From assembly GCF_006345805.1 (NCBI RefSeq), contig NC_043013.1:10664001-10728000 (forward strand): a stretch of 64,000 nucleotides of DNA, in the 5' to 3' direction. The DNA is from Octopus sinensis (Eukaryota). The notes under the pieces were generated by a model that worked only from the letters and a program-made list of their open reading frames with translations, did no database searches and was not told the origin of the DNA. Position 1 is the stretch's first letter. The number at the start of each line of letters is the position of its first letter. The position numbers and the translations under genes were made by a program. Shown piece after piece: positions 26,557-40,713 of the stretch.

Positions 26557-26735
26557 CATTTGCTGTTGTTCGGAGGTGGATTGCAGGAAATCAACACCGA
26601 AACCCATTCACCGCAATCCAGCAGCCGCCAGTAACAACAACAACAACAACCACAACAACAAAAACAACAACCACAAAACAGCAACAACAAGAACACGAAC
26701 AACAACAACAACAACAGCAACAGCAACAACAACGA
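26065..26735. repeat. (ATT/ATC)n then (AAC)n trinucleotide arrays
   Basis: Directly visible; source of poly-I/L/N ORFs. Confidence 0.95.
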
Positions 26736-27208
26736 TGTATATGGCAACAAGGAATCGTTTTGAAGAGAAGAAATATGATGAACTAATTTGTCAGTGCGGA
26801 AATCCCATCGTTAATCCAATGGGATTGCCTGTTTCTCTGATTTATGACGAAGTGTTAATCTTTTAGCGGAGCCTAATCATAAGTCCCTCACTTGTGAAAC
26901 CCTCAACATTAAACCCTCGATTATCACCTGATTCCAACATGCGAAATTACAAACACACACACACACACACACACTGTGAACACACAAGCGCGCACATACA
27001 CGCATGCACGCACACGTAGGCACATGCACAGTCACATTAAGCAGGTACATATATTTTGCAGACAGGTATAGACGCACACACGTACGCGGTTTTACATTAT
27101 ATATATATATACACACACACACACTAACATGCACATACACACACACATACAAACATACATAAATATATATATGTATGCATGTGTATATATACATATATAT
27201 ATATTTAT

Positions 27209-27273
<65 letters not shown>

Positions 27274-27996
27274 CATGTATTCTCACATACATAGAAAGCA
27301 CACTCGCACACTGACACACACGAAGGTAATTGTACACACGCTCAAACGTATACACATGAATACCTGAAAACATGCATAAAATTATCGTTATATATACACA
27401 CACGCACACGCATTAAATACTGAAACACACGTTTACAAAGAGAGACTCAAACACACACATGAACACAGATAAACAAAATATACACTCTTAGACATATATA
27501 AGGAGACAAGGACATATATACATACATATGAATGCAAATACATACGAATTAAAACGGATATACACACACATTCCCCTAACTACGTAAATACATACATGGA
27601 TACAGATAAACACATTCACACGCACGCGTACGCGTTCAAAAACTCAGGCATATACACAAGCAGATATCTAAACAGCTTCACAATGTTTAGCTTTGCTGTA
27701 AATGTCGCCGAAACGAAACGGCAATGGATTGTAAATGCAAATTTGTATGACGTACGTATATTGATTATTGGGCTGGCGTATTAACTAGAGTGTGGAGGTG
27801 CGTGGTTTAGTTGCTAGGATGCTGTACTCATGATTCTAAGTCTGTGCTTTCGAGTACTGGGCCCGGGCGATGTGTTGTGTACATGAGCAAAATTCTCTAT
27901 TTCACATTGTGGCAAATTACTCAACAGACAAAAGTGAATAAATCCTTCGATGGACCAGCGTCTCTTCCAGGAGGGATGGAAATATATATATATATA

Positions 27997-28226
27997 TTTC
28001 TTTATTACCCACAAGGAGCTAAACATAGAAGGGTCAAGCAAGGACAGAAAAAGGGATCAAGTCGATTACATCGACCCCAGTGCGTAATTGGTACTTAATT
28101 TATCGACCCCGAAAGGATGAAAGGCAAAGTCAACCTCGGTGGAATTTGAACTCACAACGTAACGGCAGACGAAGTACCGCTAAGCATTTCGCCCGGCGTG
28201 GTAACGATTCTGCCAGCTCGCCGCCT
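27997..28226 (-). mobile_element. SINE family A
   Basis: Near-full copy; head GGCGGCGAGCTGGCAGAATCGTTACC on -. Confidence 0.85.
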
Positions 28227-29541
28227 TCATGGAAATATATATACCAAACACATACATTCACACACGCATACACATATGCACACACATATACGCACACATG
28301 CGCATGCACACACAGGCACACACACAACGTAGAAAGCTGCGGGATTGGATTTGCGCAAATATTTCAAAGATCACTAGGAAGACTGAGGAGGACTGCATTG
28401 TACATCGACTTAATCATAATTTTAAAGCACGGTACGTTTTAGTGATCTGAGGAAGATTTGGCTGCTAATTATAACGAATCGAGCGCACACTTAACAGCTC
28501 CCTTAAAAATTTAAGTACTAGCAGTATCCATCCTAAATTTTTCGAAAATTATAATTATCATTGTTGTTGTTGTTACTGTTATTTTAAAAGGGTTAACTTA
28601 ACTCCTCACATAAGTAAATAGACAGAAGAATTTCATCATATTTACACAAAACTAATCAAATATTCTTCTTTCTTCTTTTTTGTCTTTTCTCTTTTTTTCT
28701 CTTTCTTTTTTCTCTTCATTTTTCTTTTTGCCAGTTGTAAACTTGAAAATTGAAGACTGATGGATGTCATTCCATCAACGTGGGAACGCTAGTTGCCTCG
28801 TTCAAATTTTGGATTTGAATTTCTATAATTTCGAATTTCTATGTATCACTTTTCATTTTGAACTCGACAAAGATCGGTTAGCCGTCGAAATATAGTTCAA
28901 CCAACAAAACATCTTTTGCAATCGCATCGCGCTCTTCGTATTGTCTATTTACCTTTGTGGAGAGTTATTTCAATCCTTTTAAAATATCAAACTGAAGTAG
29001 ATTGAGATGATTGATTTTATGTTACACCGGATAAGAATTGGAAAATTTAGAAATTCTGGAAGTTACCTAAACAGCCGAGTGTCTAAGGAAAATCGTAATG
29101 TAAATTACAGCTTTTGCGTTTCATTCTTTCTTACAGTTGGCTTGTCAGCCCTGTTAGTTCCGCTAGACCCCAGTGTAGAGCCCAATTCTGGGCCAATGGA
29201 TTTTGTACCATTGAAATACGAATCACAAAATGAGAGATCGACATTTTATAAGTTAAAAAAAACTTAATCGTTTTCGTGCTAAAATCATAAGCCATTTATC
29301 ATTTCTGGAAACATGCAGAGCAGACCAAATAATACAGGATAGCCTGACCATTCATTCCTTCAACAGGTTAAATTGATTGGTGAGAGCAATTCATTTTATA
29401 TATGGGAAGCTATTATTGAACACTATCGCTCAAAATTAGTATTGTTTGGTGCAGACTTTTAGGAGAATTTGAGTGTCCTTGAACAAGTATGTTCTGCTAA
29501 AAATCGTTTCAAGTATTTGTGTAATTGTTTGATGGACTTTT

Positions 29542-29927
29542 AAAAAAGGAAATTTCATCCCTGAAGGCAAAAAAGGGAATTTTGTCCCTGAAGGCAAAAA
29601 AGGGAAATTCGTCCCTGAAGGCAAAAAAGGGAATTTCGTCCCTGAAGGCAAAAAAGGGAATTTTGTCCCTGAAGGCAAAAAAGGGAATTTTGTCCCTGAA
29701 GGCAAAAAAGGGAATTTCGTCCCTGAAGGCAAAAAAGGGAATTTTGTCCGTGAAGGCAAAAAAGGGAATTTCGTCCCTGAAGGCAAAAAAGGGAATTTTG
29801 TCCCTGAAGGCAAAAAAAGGAATTTCGTCCCTGAAGGCAAAAAAGGGAATTTTGTCCCTGAAGGCAAAAAAGGGAATTTCGTCCCTGAAGGCAAAAAAGG
29901 GAATTTTGTCCCCGAAGGCAAAAAAGG
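29542..29927. repeat. 27-bp tandem repeat, 14 copies (GAATTTYGTCCCTGAAGGCAAAAAAGG)
   Basis: GAAGGC recurs every 27 bp from 29563 to 29914; the units are near-identical. Confidence 0.97.
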
Positions 29928-30578
29928 AAAAGAAGCTGAAAAAGCTGATTTCCCATTCTTCTAAGCCAGTGGGCACGGGAACATCTTGGCTGAGAGCATT
30001 TGCTTTAAAATAAGAGTAGAAATCGTTTTTACTTTCGAGACCAAAGTTATGTGACAAACCCATTGATGCTGGGTTGAAAATTCATAGAGGAAGATTTTCC
30101 GGTTATTCTAATACAGCCGAGATCAACTTTGCCTTTCATCCTTTCGGGGTCGATAAATCAACTAGCAGTAAAAAAGATGGGGTCGATGTAATCGACACTT
30201 GCCCCTCCCGCAAAATTTCAGGCCTGGTGCCTATAGTAAAAAGTGTTAATATTATGATAATTGTTATCAAGATCATTCTTAATCCACTTTCCTTCAACTC
30301 TGTCTTCCAGATCGTCATCCCCATTTAGACATCTGCAAATAATTACGATAATTATTTTCTTATTTATATCGCTGGTTTCCTTCTTTGTCTTTGTATGTAT
30401 GTATGTATGTATGTATACATGAATGTATGTACGTATGTATGTATGTATGAATGTATGTACGTATGTATGTATGTATGTATGTATGTATGCATGCATCCAT
30501 GTATATATGTACGTATGGGCATGTATGTATGTGTGTGTATGTATGTATCTCTTCTTCATCTTGGTGTTATTATTACTA

Positions 30579-30633
<55 letters not shown>

Positions 30634-30677
30634 CATTATCATCATCATCATCATCATTATCATCATCATCATTATTA

Positions 30678-30710
<33 letters not shown>

Positions 30711-31221
30711 TATATTATTGTTGTTGTTGTGTTGTTGTTGTTGTTGTTATTGTTGTTATTATTAGTTATTATTAGTATTATTTTTATTGTACACAGAATC
30801 AAAATAAGTTTGAAATACTTCTGCCGAAATATGAGATAGAAACCCGATCTGAATCACAAAAGTACACATTAAGCAGACGCACAATAAAATACGTACATAT
30901 GCGAAACACACACACACACACACGCACAAACATACATACACACACACAACACACACACACACACACACACGCACGCACACGCACACAGAGGCATGCACAC
31001 GCAAAACCTTGAGTGTCTACAGTTTCTATAAAGATTTGTGCATGTGTGTGTATATGTATGTATAGTAGCAAACAGTTATACATATATGCATATACATATA
31101 TGTACATGTTTACACATATATATATATGCATATATGCATATACATGTATATATGTGTGTGCGTGTGTGCGTGCGTGTGTGTGTGTATGTTTATATATATA
31201 TATATAAATATATATATGTGT

Positions 31222-31325
<104 letters not shown>

Positions 31326-31458
31326 ATATATATAAATATATATATATGATCATTAAGTATTATAAGACTAATAACGACATGTGTTTTCGTTTACGGGAGT
31401 CATATAGTATAGAGATATTCCGTGTGAAATGTGGCTTGTTATAATGAGCCAATAAAAT

Positions 31459-31507
<49 letters not shown>

Positions 31508-31545
31508 GCAGTAGCAAAGTTAACAGTAATTTAATCAAGTTTGTG

Positions 31546-31576
<31 letters not shown>

Positions 31577-32127
31577 TATTATTATTATTATAATTATTAT
31601 TATATTTTATTATTATTATTATTATCATTATTATTATCATTATTATTATTATATTTTATTATTATTATTATTATATATTATTATTATTATTGTTTGTTTG
31701 TTTTTATGCCCTACGGCTTTATTTCCCCTTGGGATGTCTTGCATTTGTCTAAACGTTTCATTGAAAGATAACGTCTTTGTCAATTCCATGTCTGAACTAT
31801 TTCCGTGTTGATAAAAAAAAAAACAACAGCAACAGCGGGAAGAACAACAACGACGACAAGAAAAAGAAGAAGAACAACAACAACAACAACAACACTACTA
31901 CTACTAATGGTTTTATATTTTGGCTCAAGGCCAGATACTTCGGAGGAGAAGATGACACGATTATATGAACTCTAGTCCACAACAGGAAGTCATTTTATCG
32001 AACTCGAAATGATGAAAGGCAACGTCGTCCTCGGCGGCATTTGAACTCAGAACGTAAAGATGGACGAAATACCGCTAAGTGTTTTGCCCAGTGTGCTAAC
32101 AATTCTACCAGCTCTCCGTTTTAAGAA

Positions 32128-32372
32128 CTCTCTTTTACTCTTTTACTCTTTTACTTGTTTCAGTCATTTGACTGCGGCCATGCTGGAGCACCGCCTTTAG
32201 TCGAGCAAATCGACCCCGGGACTTATTCTTTGTAAGCCCAGAACTTATTCTATCGGTCTCTTTTGCCGAACCGCTAGGTGACGGGGATGTAAACACACCA
32301 GCATCGGTTGTCAAGCAATGCTAGGGGGACAAACACAGACACACAAACATACACACACACACACACACACAC

Positions 32373-32424
<52 letters not shown>

Positions 32425-32584
32425 TACGACAGGCTTCTTTCAGTTTCCGTCTACCAAATCCACTCACAAGGCATTGGTCGGCCTGGGGCTATAGCAGAAG
32501 ACACTTGCCCAAGATGCCACGCAGTGGGACTGAACCCGGAACCATGTGGTTGGTTAGCAAGCTACTTACCACACAGCCACTCCT
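32128..32584 (-). mobile_element. SINE family B
   Basis: Full copy with an (ACTCTTTT)n tail; a second copy follows at 32830-33225. Confidence 0.85.
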
Positions 32585-32829
32585 TAACAATAATAGTAAT
32601 AAACTTTTTTACTATAGATACAAAGCCTGAAATTTAGAGGGATGGGTTAAGTCGATTACATTAACGCCAATTCTCAACTGGTACTATTTTTTTTATCGAA
32701 CCCGAAAGGATTGAAAACAGAGATAAACTCGGCGACATTTGAACTCAGAGCATAAGATTGAAGAAATGTCGCTAAGTGTTTTTCCCAGCATACTAACATC
32801 TCTGTCAGCTCGCCGCCTTAACAACAATA

Positions 32830-33225
32830 ATCTTTTTACTCTTTTACTTGTTTCAGTCATTTGACTGTGGCCATGCTGGAGCACTGCCTTTTGTCGAGTA
32901 AATCGACCCCAGGACTTATTCTTTATAAGCCTAGTACTTATTCTATCGGTGACTTTTGCCGAGCCGCTAAGTGACGGGGACGTAAACACACCAGCATCGG
33001 TTGTCAAGCGATGTTGGTTGGGGGAACAAACTCAGACACACAAGCTCATATGTATATGTATACATATATACGACGGGTTTCTTTCAGTTTCTGTCTACCA
33101 AATCCACTCACAAGGCTTTGGTCAGCCCGAGGCTATAGTAGAACATTCTTGCCCAAGGTACCACGCAGTGGGACTGAACCCAGAACCATGTGGTTCGTAA
33201 CAAGCAACTTGCCACTCCTACGCCT
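32830..33225 (-). mobile_element. SINE family B
   Basis: Near-full copy with a short internal microsatellite. Confidence 0.85.
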
Positions 33226-34089
33226 ATTTTTTTCAATGTTAATAAAAGTAATACTAAGGTTTCTTTATTAACCACTCATGGTTCATAATTAGACGAAGAG
33301 CAACATATGACAATACACACACAATGTGGATTACATGTAAGATGTGTAACCAGTAAAAATAAGTAAAATATGTGATGAATTTTTGCAAAAATAAGGAAAC
33401 TTTCGAGCGCTGATTGAGGAACCCCACCAAACCATGATCACTCTGTTAGCTTCGGTGACTGCCTCTCCTTCAATCTACAGGTGCATGCTCTTAACAAGCT
33501 CTTATACGCAGACTTTCTTTTATACTCTTACCAACCTCTTAACAAATTTATTGCAGAGCAGAATTTCCCACTACACCCCTACAATCCCTTTCAGCTGACT
33601 TGGAATATTTCATGTCAGTTTAAGGGTCAGTTTACTGTCCTGAGCGCATTCAGCTTGATCCGCAACCCAACCTCTTTCGCAAAGGTCACCAGAGAGATAA
33701 ACACTACTTCTTCTTCCTTGTCAAAATGAGGCAGCAGGGCCGTAGTAACCCTTTCAACGAAAGGCACAAGGCCTGAAATATCGAGGGATGGTTCTAGTCG
33801 ATTTCATCGACTCCTGTGTTCAGCTGATACTGATATCATCAGATATCATCGCAAAGACGACCTCAATTATAGGCCCAAGGCCTGAATTTTGAGGCCGGAG
33901 ATAATTAATTGCATCGAACCCACAACTCAGCTGATGCTTATTTCATCGGCCCTAAAGGCATGAAAGACAAAGTCTACATTGGTGGAATATGAACTCAGAA
34001 CATAAATACGGATGAAATGGTGCCAAGCGCTTTGTCTGGCACGTTAAGTTTTCTGCTAGCACACCACTACAGAACGTAATAATAATCCA

Positions 34090-34535
34090 TTCTACTAATA
34101 GCACAAGGCATGAAATTTTGGGAGAAGAGACTACTCGATTACATTGACCCCAGTGTTTCACTGGTACTTAATTTATCGACCCAGAAAGGATGAAAGGCAA
34201 AGTAGACCTCGGCGGAATTTGAACTCAGAACGTACGGCCGACGAAATGCCGCTAAGTATTTCGCCCGGCGTGCTAACGTTTCTGCCTGCTCGCCGACTTA
34301 AACGATTCTTATTTCTTTATTGCCCACAAGGGGCTACACACAAAGGGGGCAAACAAGGATAGACAAACGGATTAAGTCGATTATATCGACCCCAGTGCGT
34401 AACTGGTACTTATTTTATCGACACCGAAAGGATGGAAAGCAAAGTCGACCTCGGCGGAATGTGAACTGAGAACGTAACAGCAGACGAAATACGGCTACGC
34501 ATTTCGGCCGGCGTGTTAATGTTTCTACCAGCTTT
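34090..34535 (-). mobile_element. Two tandem SINE family A copies
   Basis: A tail-2 monomer (34090-34298) and a tail-1 monomer (34308-34535), each with its own head. Confidence 0.8.
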
Positions 34536-34789
34536 ACATATGTGATATGGAAAAAAAAAAACGTTCACTTATGGAAAGGATCGTAACAACAATTTGGATT
34601 CTCTTTTTCTCAATAGAATCAATATTATAGATATGGAGAGGGAGAGTGTTATAGATAAATAGATAGGTAAATAGACAGACAGATATACGAGATAAACATA
34701 CAACACATAGTTATGTATGTATGTATACGTAATTAATTTAAAACATCACCTTCTCAACCACTCTCTCCCCAGATAATCAGACAGACAGA

Positions 34790-35590
34790 CACATACATAC
34801 ATACATGCATACATACATACATGCATACATACATACATGCATACATACATACATACATACATGCATGCATACATACATGCATACATACATACATGCATGC
34901 ATACATACATACATACATACATGCATGCATACATACATACATACATACATACATACATACATGCATACATACATACATACATGCATACATACATACATAC
35001 ATACATACATACAAACATACATACATACATGCATGCATACATACATACATACATACATGCATGCATACATACATACATACATACATACATACATACATGC
35101 ATACATACATACATACATGCATACATACAAACATACATGCATGCATACATACATGCATACATACATACATGCATGCATACATACATACATACATACATGC
35201 ATACATACATACATGCATGCATACATACATGCATACATACATACATACATACATACATGCATACATACATACAAACATACATACATGCATGCATACATAC
35301 ATACATACATACATGCATGCATACATACATACATACATACATGCATACATACATGCATGCATACATACATGCATACATACATACATGCATGCATACATAC
35401 ATACATACATACATGCATACATACATACATGCATGCATACATACATGCATACATACATACATACATACATACATACATACATACATACATGCATACATAC
35501 ATACATACATACATACATACATGCATACATACATACATACATACATACATACAAACATACATACATACATACATACATGCATACATACAT
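34790..35590. repeat. ~800-bp (CATA/CATG)n tetranucleotide array
   Basis: Directly visible; it generates six spurious long ORFs. Confidence 0.97.
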
Positions 35591-36024
35591 ATTGTACACA
35601 ATATAATTCTTAAACAACTTTTAAAACGTAACATTCAATTTTAAATCCCATATAAAGTAGTTTTAGAAAATAATACATTTAAAAAAGATAACAAAAAATC
35701 TGGAAACACATAAATTATGAAAGAACAACAATAAAAACAACATCATTAACAAACAAAAGCTACATATAAAATGAATAAGACACGAGAAACAAAAGAAGAA
35801 AACCGAGAAGAAATAGATAATGATAAAAATAGGTAAGGTTGTGTTACTTTATCCAGAGACACCTGTTGGAGGTGTAACGTTGTTGATTGGCCTGTATATG
35901 CGTACTTGTATATAATTCTGTGTGCGTGTATGTGTATGTGTGTGAATGTGTGAACGTGTATATGTATGTGTGTCTATATATATATATATACACATATATA
36001 TATATATGTGTGTGTGTATGCATG

Positions 36025-36057
<33 letters not shown>

Positions 36058-36084
36058 ACATGTGTGTATATGTATGTGCATGTA

Positions 36085-36115
<31 letters not shown>

Positions 36116-36503
36116 GTGTGTGTATGCATGTATATATATATATATGTGTGTGTGTACATGTGTGTATATGTATGTGCATGTATATATATATATATATATA
36201 CACACGCATACGACTTCAGAGTTGACAGTAGTGGCAAGGAACATATGAATCAAAAGTAATACAAGATTGACTGATAGAAAGGGAAACAAAGAGACAGACA
36301 GACAGACAGGAACACAAATAGCCTGGAAGAGTGGATCTTAAAAAGAAAAAAAAAGAGCAGTGAAGAATAGTTGTGTGTTAAGGATGGTTGCTTTGCGGTA
36401 CTTGGGGCAAAAGATTTTTCTGTGAGACCCCGACCAACCAATCAGTTGTGAATGAAATTGGTACAAGAAAACTGAACGGAAGTCTGCCGGATATATGCAT
36501 ACG

Positions 36504-36560
<57 letters not shown>

Positions 36561-37159
36561 CCAGTATACCCATCATTACTACCGTCTGATATAACTATAT
36601 GTGCGCTCTATGGTGAACTCCTTTAAAATAAACAGCGCATGATCTTGCAGGTGGGCCCAGTTAGAATTTTCCTCAGGTCGAGTAGCACATCCGCTCAAAA
36701 GTCCCTGAATAAGGGTTATTTAAGGATGTTGAACGATATATATATATATATATATATACACATAAATATATACATACACATACTTAAATATATATATATA
36801 TATGTATGTATGTGCATGTATATATATATGTATGTGTGTATGTGTATGTATATATTTATGTGTATATGTTTGTCCCACTACCAACATTGTTTGACAACCG
36901 ATGTTGGTGTGTTTACGTCCCCGTAACTTAGTTGTTCGGCAGAAGAGACTTACAGGTGTCGATTTATTCGACTAAAGGGCGGTGCTCCAACATGGCCGCC
37001 GTCAAATGACTGAAACAAGTAACAGAGTACCATAAGAATGTTCCATACCAATAATCCATACCAATAATCCATGTACAATGTATTTTAAGGCTAAATAGTA
37101 ATACTGTTTCCGTCTGCGTAACTGAGATATTTTTGTTGGATTATACAGCTATCGGTTTT

Positions 37160-37400
37160 ACGAATCCAGGTAAAAAAGAAATCACAGGTAAAAAAGTCAC
37201 AGAGGTTTTGTCCGGGTGCAGGGGTTGTCCGAGGAGATTTTGTCCTAGAGAGGTTTTGTCCGGACCCCAAAAATTAATTGTTACTTTTTTTGCTGTAAAT
37301 TTATTACTGGCTAACATAAATTAATTGTGACTTTTTTCTTGTGACCTTTTTCCTAGCCAAAATTGTGACTTTATTACTTTTTTTCCCCCCTACGGATTTA
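37160..37400 (+). mobile_element. Composite MITE with subterminal repeats (AAAAAAGTCACA and TTTTGTCC motifs)
   Basis: GGTAAAAAAGTCACA-type repeats on the left, TGTGACTTTTT repeats on the right and GGTTTTGTCC repeats inside. A reverse-oriented relative lies at 44483-44668. Confidence 0.6.
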
Positions 37401-37531
37401 TTACTGGTCACCGGTTTGACACTTCTTTCTATATTCTGTAACTGTCACAATATAGAAACATTTCTCATGACACCAGCACACAATTTACAGATGTGAATTA
37501 TTCACGGATACGATTTATTATTATTATTATT

Positions 37532-38087
37532 GAATGAGAGAGCAGTGTATGCCATCAAAGTGACTCTGGAGTAAAATATACGAAACCCAGTATACCCATC
37601 ATGGCTACACATCTGATAAGGGTACACTAGGCACATGCATCACAACCATATGTGCGCGATATGGTGATCTCATATCAAGATAAACAGCACATGACCTTGC
37701 AGGTAGGACCTAGTTAGAATTTTCTTCTGGTCGAGTAGCACATCCCGCTCATAACGTCCCTGAATAAGGATTGTTTAAGGATGTTGAACGAACCACCCAT
37801 GTTTCCAAAGGTGAATTATCCAAACCTCCAAGAATTCCTTTCAACACACAGCTATGATGCCCCCCCACTACTTCTGCTTGTGATCAGAGATGCACACATT
37901 GTCAGCCACTAAGGGACATTCTCAACTGGTTAAGGTCAAACAATTGACAAGCAAATCTGTGGTATTGAGCAGAATATTTGCTGTAGCCCATTATTTATAC
38001 CAAGACAAAACAATGTACATGATAACACTTCCAACCAGTTAAGATCAGATGCCACGAGAGCCACTGCTTGGTACTGCATCAGGGCAT
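37532..38087 (-). mobile_element. ~555-bp non-coding (TAA)n-associated element (family E), copy 1
   Basis: Colinear and highly similar to 38247-38802 and 61165-61714, with the same ends, flanked by TTA/TCA microsatellites. Confidence 0.85.
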
Positions 38088-38134
<47 letters not shown>

Positions 38135-38202
38135 TATCATTATTATTATTATTATTATTGTCATTATCATCATTATCATCATCATCATCATCATCATTAT
38201 TA

Positions 38203-38239
<37 letters not shown>

Positions 38240-38246
38240 TATTATT

Positions 38247-38908
38247 GAGTGAGCGAGCAGAGCATGCCATCAAAGTGACACTAGGGTAAAATATACGAAG
38301 CCCAGTATACCCATCATGACTACCCGTCTGATAAAGGTACACCAGGCACATGCATCACAACCATATGTGCGCGACATGGTGATCTCATATCAAGATAAAC
38401 AGCACATGACCTTGCAGGTGGAGCCCAGTTAGAATTTTCTTCAGATCGAGTAACCCATCCCGCTCAAAAGGTCCCTGAATAAGGGTTGTTTAAGGACGTT
38501 GAACGAAACACCCATGTTTCCAGAGGTGAATTATTCAAACCCCAAAGAATCCTTCTCAACACATAGCTATGATGCTCCTCCACTTCTTCTGCTCGTGATC
38601 AGAGATGCACACATCGTCAGCCACTAAGGGATATGCTCAACTGGTTAAGGTCAAACAACTGACAAGCAAATCTGTGGTATTGAGCAGAATATTTGCTGTA
38701 GCCCATCTTTTATACCAAGACAAAACAATGTACATGATAACACTTCCAATCAGTTAAGATCAGAAGCCATGAGAGCCACTGCCTGGTACTGCATCAGGGC
38801 ATGATGCTCCTCCACTACTTCTGCTCGTGATCAGAGATGCACATATCGTCAGCCACTAAGGGACATGCTCAACTGGTTAAGGTCAAACAACTGACAAGCA
38901 AATCTGTG

Positions 38909-38910
<2 letters not shown>
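38247..38910 (-). mobile_element. Family E copy 2 plus duplicated internal piece (38803-38910)
   Basis: Full copy 38247-38802; the adjoining 108 bp repeat internal segment ~38571-38678. Confidence 0.85.
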
Positions 38911-38973
<63 letters not shown>

Positions 38974-38994
38974 CATTATTATTATTATTATTCT

Positions 38995-39150
38995 TTTGTT
39001 GACTTACTTTATGTCTGTACAAGTTGGCTCCAAGTCTCACCCAGAGACCTCAAGAGACAACAGGTTGGAAGTTCACGTTGTTGTTATGCCTAGTGTGCCA
39101 TATATTTGGAGTTTTTTTTGGTGTTGTACTAGTGAATGTCTAATACATAA
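38995..39150 (-). mobile_element. Dong 3' UTR fragment
   Basis: The reverse complement matches 60890-61025 (TCTCTTGAGGTCTCTGGGTGAGACTTGGAGCCAACTTGTACA) and is followed by (TAA)n on -. Confidence 0.85.
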
Positions 39151-39375
39151 ATAAAAAAAAATAAAAAAAAAAAATAAAAAAAGTTGGTAAATCAGCAGAT
39201 TCGTTAACAAAAACAAATGTTCCACAGTATTTTCGGTTTTACACCCGAATCATTCTTGCTTTTCGTCCTTTCATTGTCTATAAAATAAATACCAGTGGAG
39301 CACTTAGGGTCGATGTTAGCCCTTTCCCCCAAAAGCTTGTCTCAATAGTCGAAAGAGCTACTACTACTACTTCTT

Positions 39376-39423
<48 letters not shown>

Positions 39424-39447
39424 ATAATAATAATAATAATAATGTTT

Positions 39448-39518
<71 letters not shown>

Positions 39519-39794
39519 TCCACACACAGACGAATGAATGGTTGAAAAACTTGCAGCTTAGTAGTCGGGCAGAGTAGCAGCCGACCAACAGACGAGCGGA
39601 CGAGGCAGCCAACCAACTTGGATAGGTCATCAGCAACGCGGTAAACATCTAAAGGAAAGTGACGCTGGCCAAGCGGCTCTTTGAAGTTGAGACAAGCGAG
39701 TCAGAAACGCACATCCAAGATGATAAACCCATCGCCTTGGTCAAATGAATCATTCAAAAATACAGCCCTATAAATAAATAAATAAATAAATGTG

Positions 39795-39825
<31 letters not shown>

Positions 39826-40031
39826 GTAAATTCATCATTACAGAATATAATGTTTTTTTTTAAATTTTGTTCTTATACTAGTATCATTTATTGGTCTGCG
39901 CCCATGCTGGGGCGCTGCCTTCAAAGGTTTGCAGAAAATACATCAACGCGAGTAATTTATAATTTATACAGTCACTAATGTATGTTGTTAGCTTTACATC
40001 GGATGTTACAGGAGACATACAATTACTCGCG

Positions 40032-40076
<45 letters not shown>

Positions 40077-40122
40077 CACTCCAAGATGGCCACAGTCAAA
40101 TAACTGAAACAAGCAAAAGAAG

Positions 40123-40164
<42 letters not shown>

Positions 40165-40189
40165 CTTTTCTATATATATCCCTTTGTAC

Positions 40190-40224
<35 letters not shown>

Positions 40225-40269
40225 CGTATATACATATATACAAACATACATACATACAAGCATGCATAC

Positions 40270-40437
40270 ATGGCTGTGTGGTAAGTAGCTTGCTTACCAA
40301 CCACATGGTTCCCGGTTCAGTCCCACTGCGTGGCACCTTGGGCGGGTGTCTTCTGCTAAAGCCTCGGGCCGACCAAAGCTTTGTGAGTGGATTTGGTAGG
40401 CGGAAACTGAAAGAAGCCTGTCGTATATATGTATATG

Positions 40438-40510
<73 letters not shown>

Positions 40511-40713
40511 TGTCTGTCTTTGTCCCCCCAACATCGCTTGACAACCGGTGCTGGTGTGGTTACGTTCTCGTAACTTAGCATTTCGACAAAAAGTCCGATA
40601 GAATAAGTACTAGGCTTACAAAGAATAAGTCCTGGGGTCGATTTTGCTCGACTAAAGGCGGTGCTCCAGCATGGCCACATTCAAATGACTGAAACAAGTA
40701 AAAGAGTAAAAGA
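40270..40713 (+). mobile_element. SINE family B
   Basis: Full copy from TGGCTGTGTGGTAAG to AAAAGAGTAAAAGAG. Confidence 0.85.

Noticed and set aside
29436-30063. Repeat-protein-like ORFs (PSGTKFPFL)n and (SLKAKKGI)n
   Set aside because: Products of the 27-bp VNTR, open on both strands, with no other coding evidence.
34746-35644. Six 258-287-aa ORFs
   Set aside because: Translations of a stop-free (CATA/CATG)n array.
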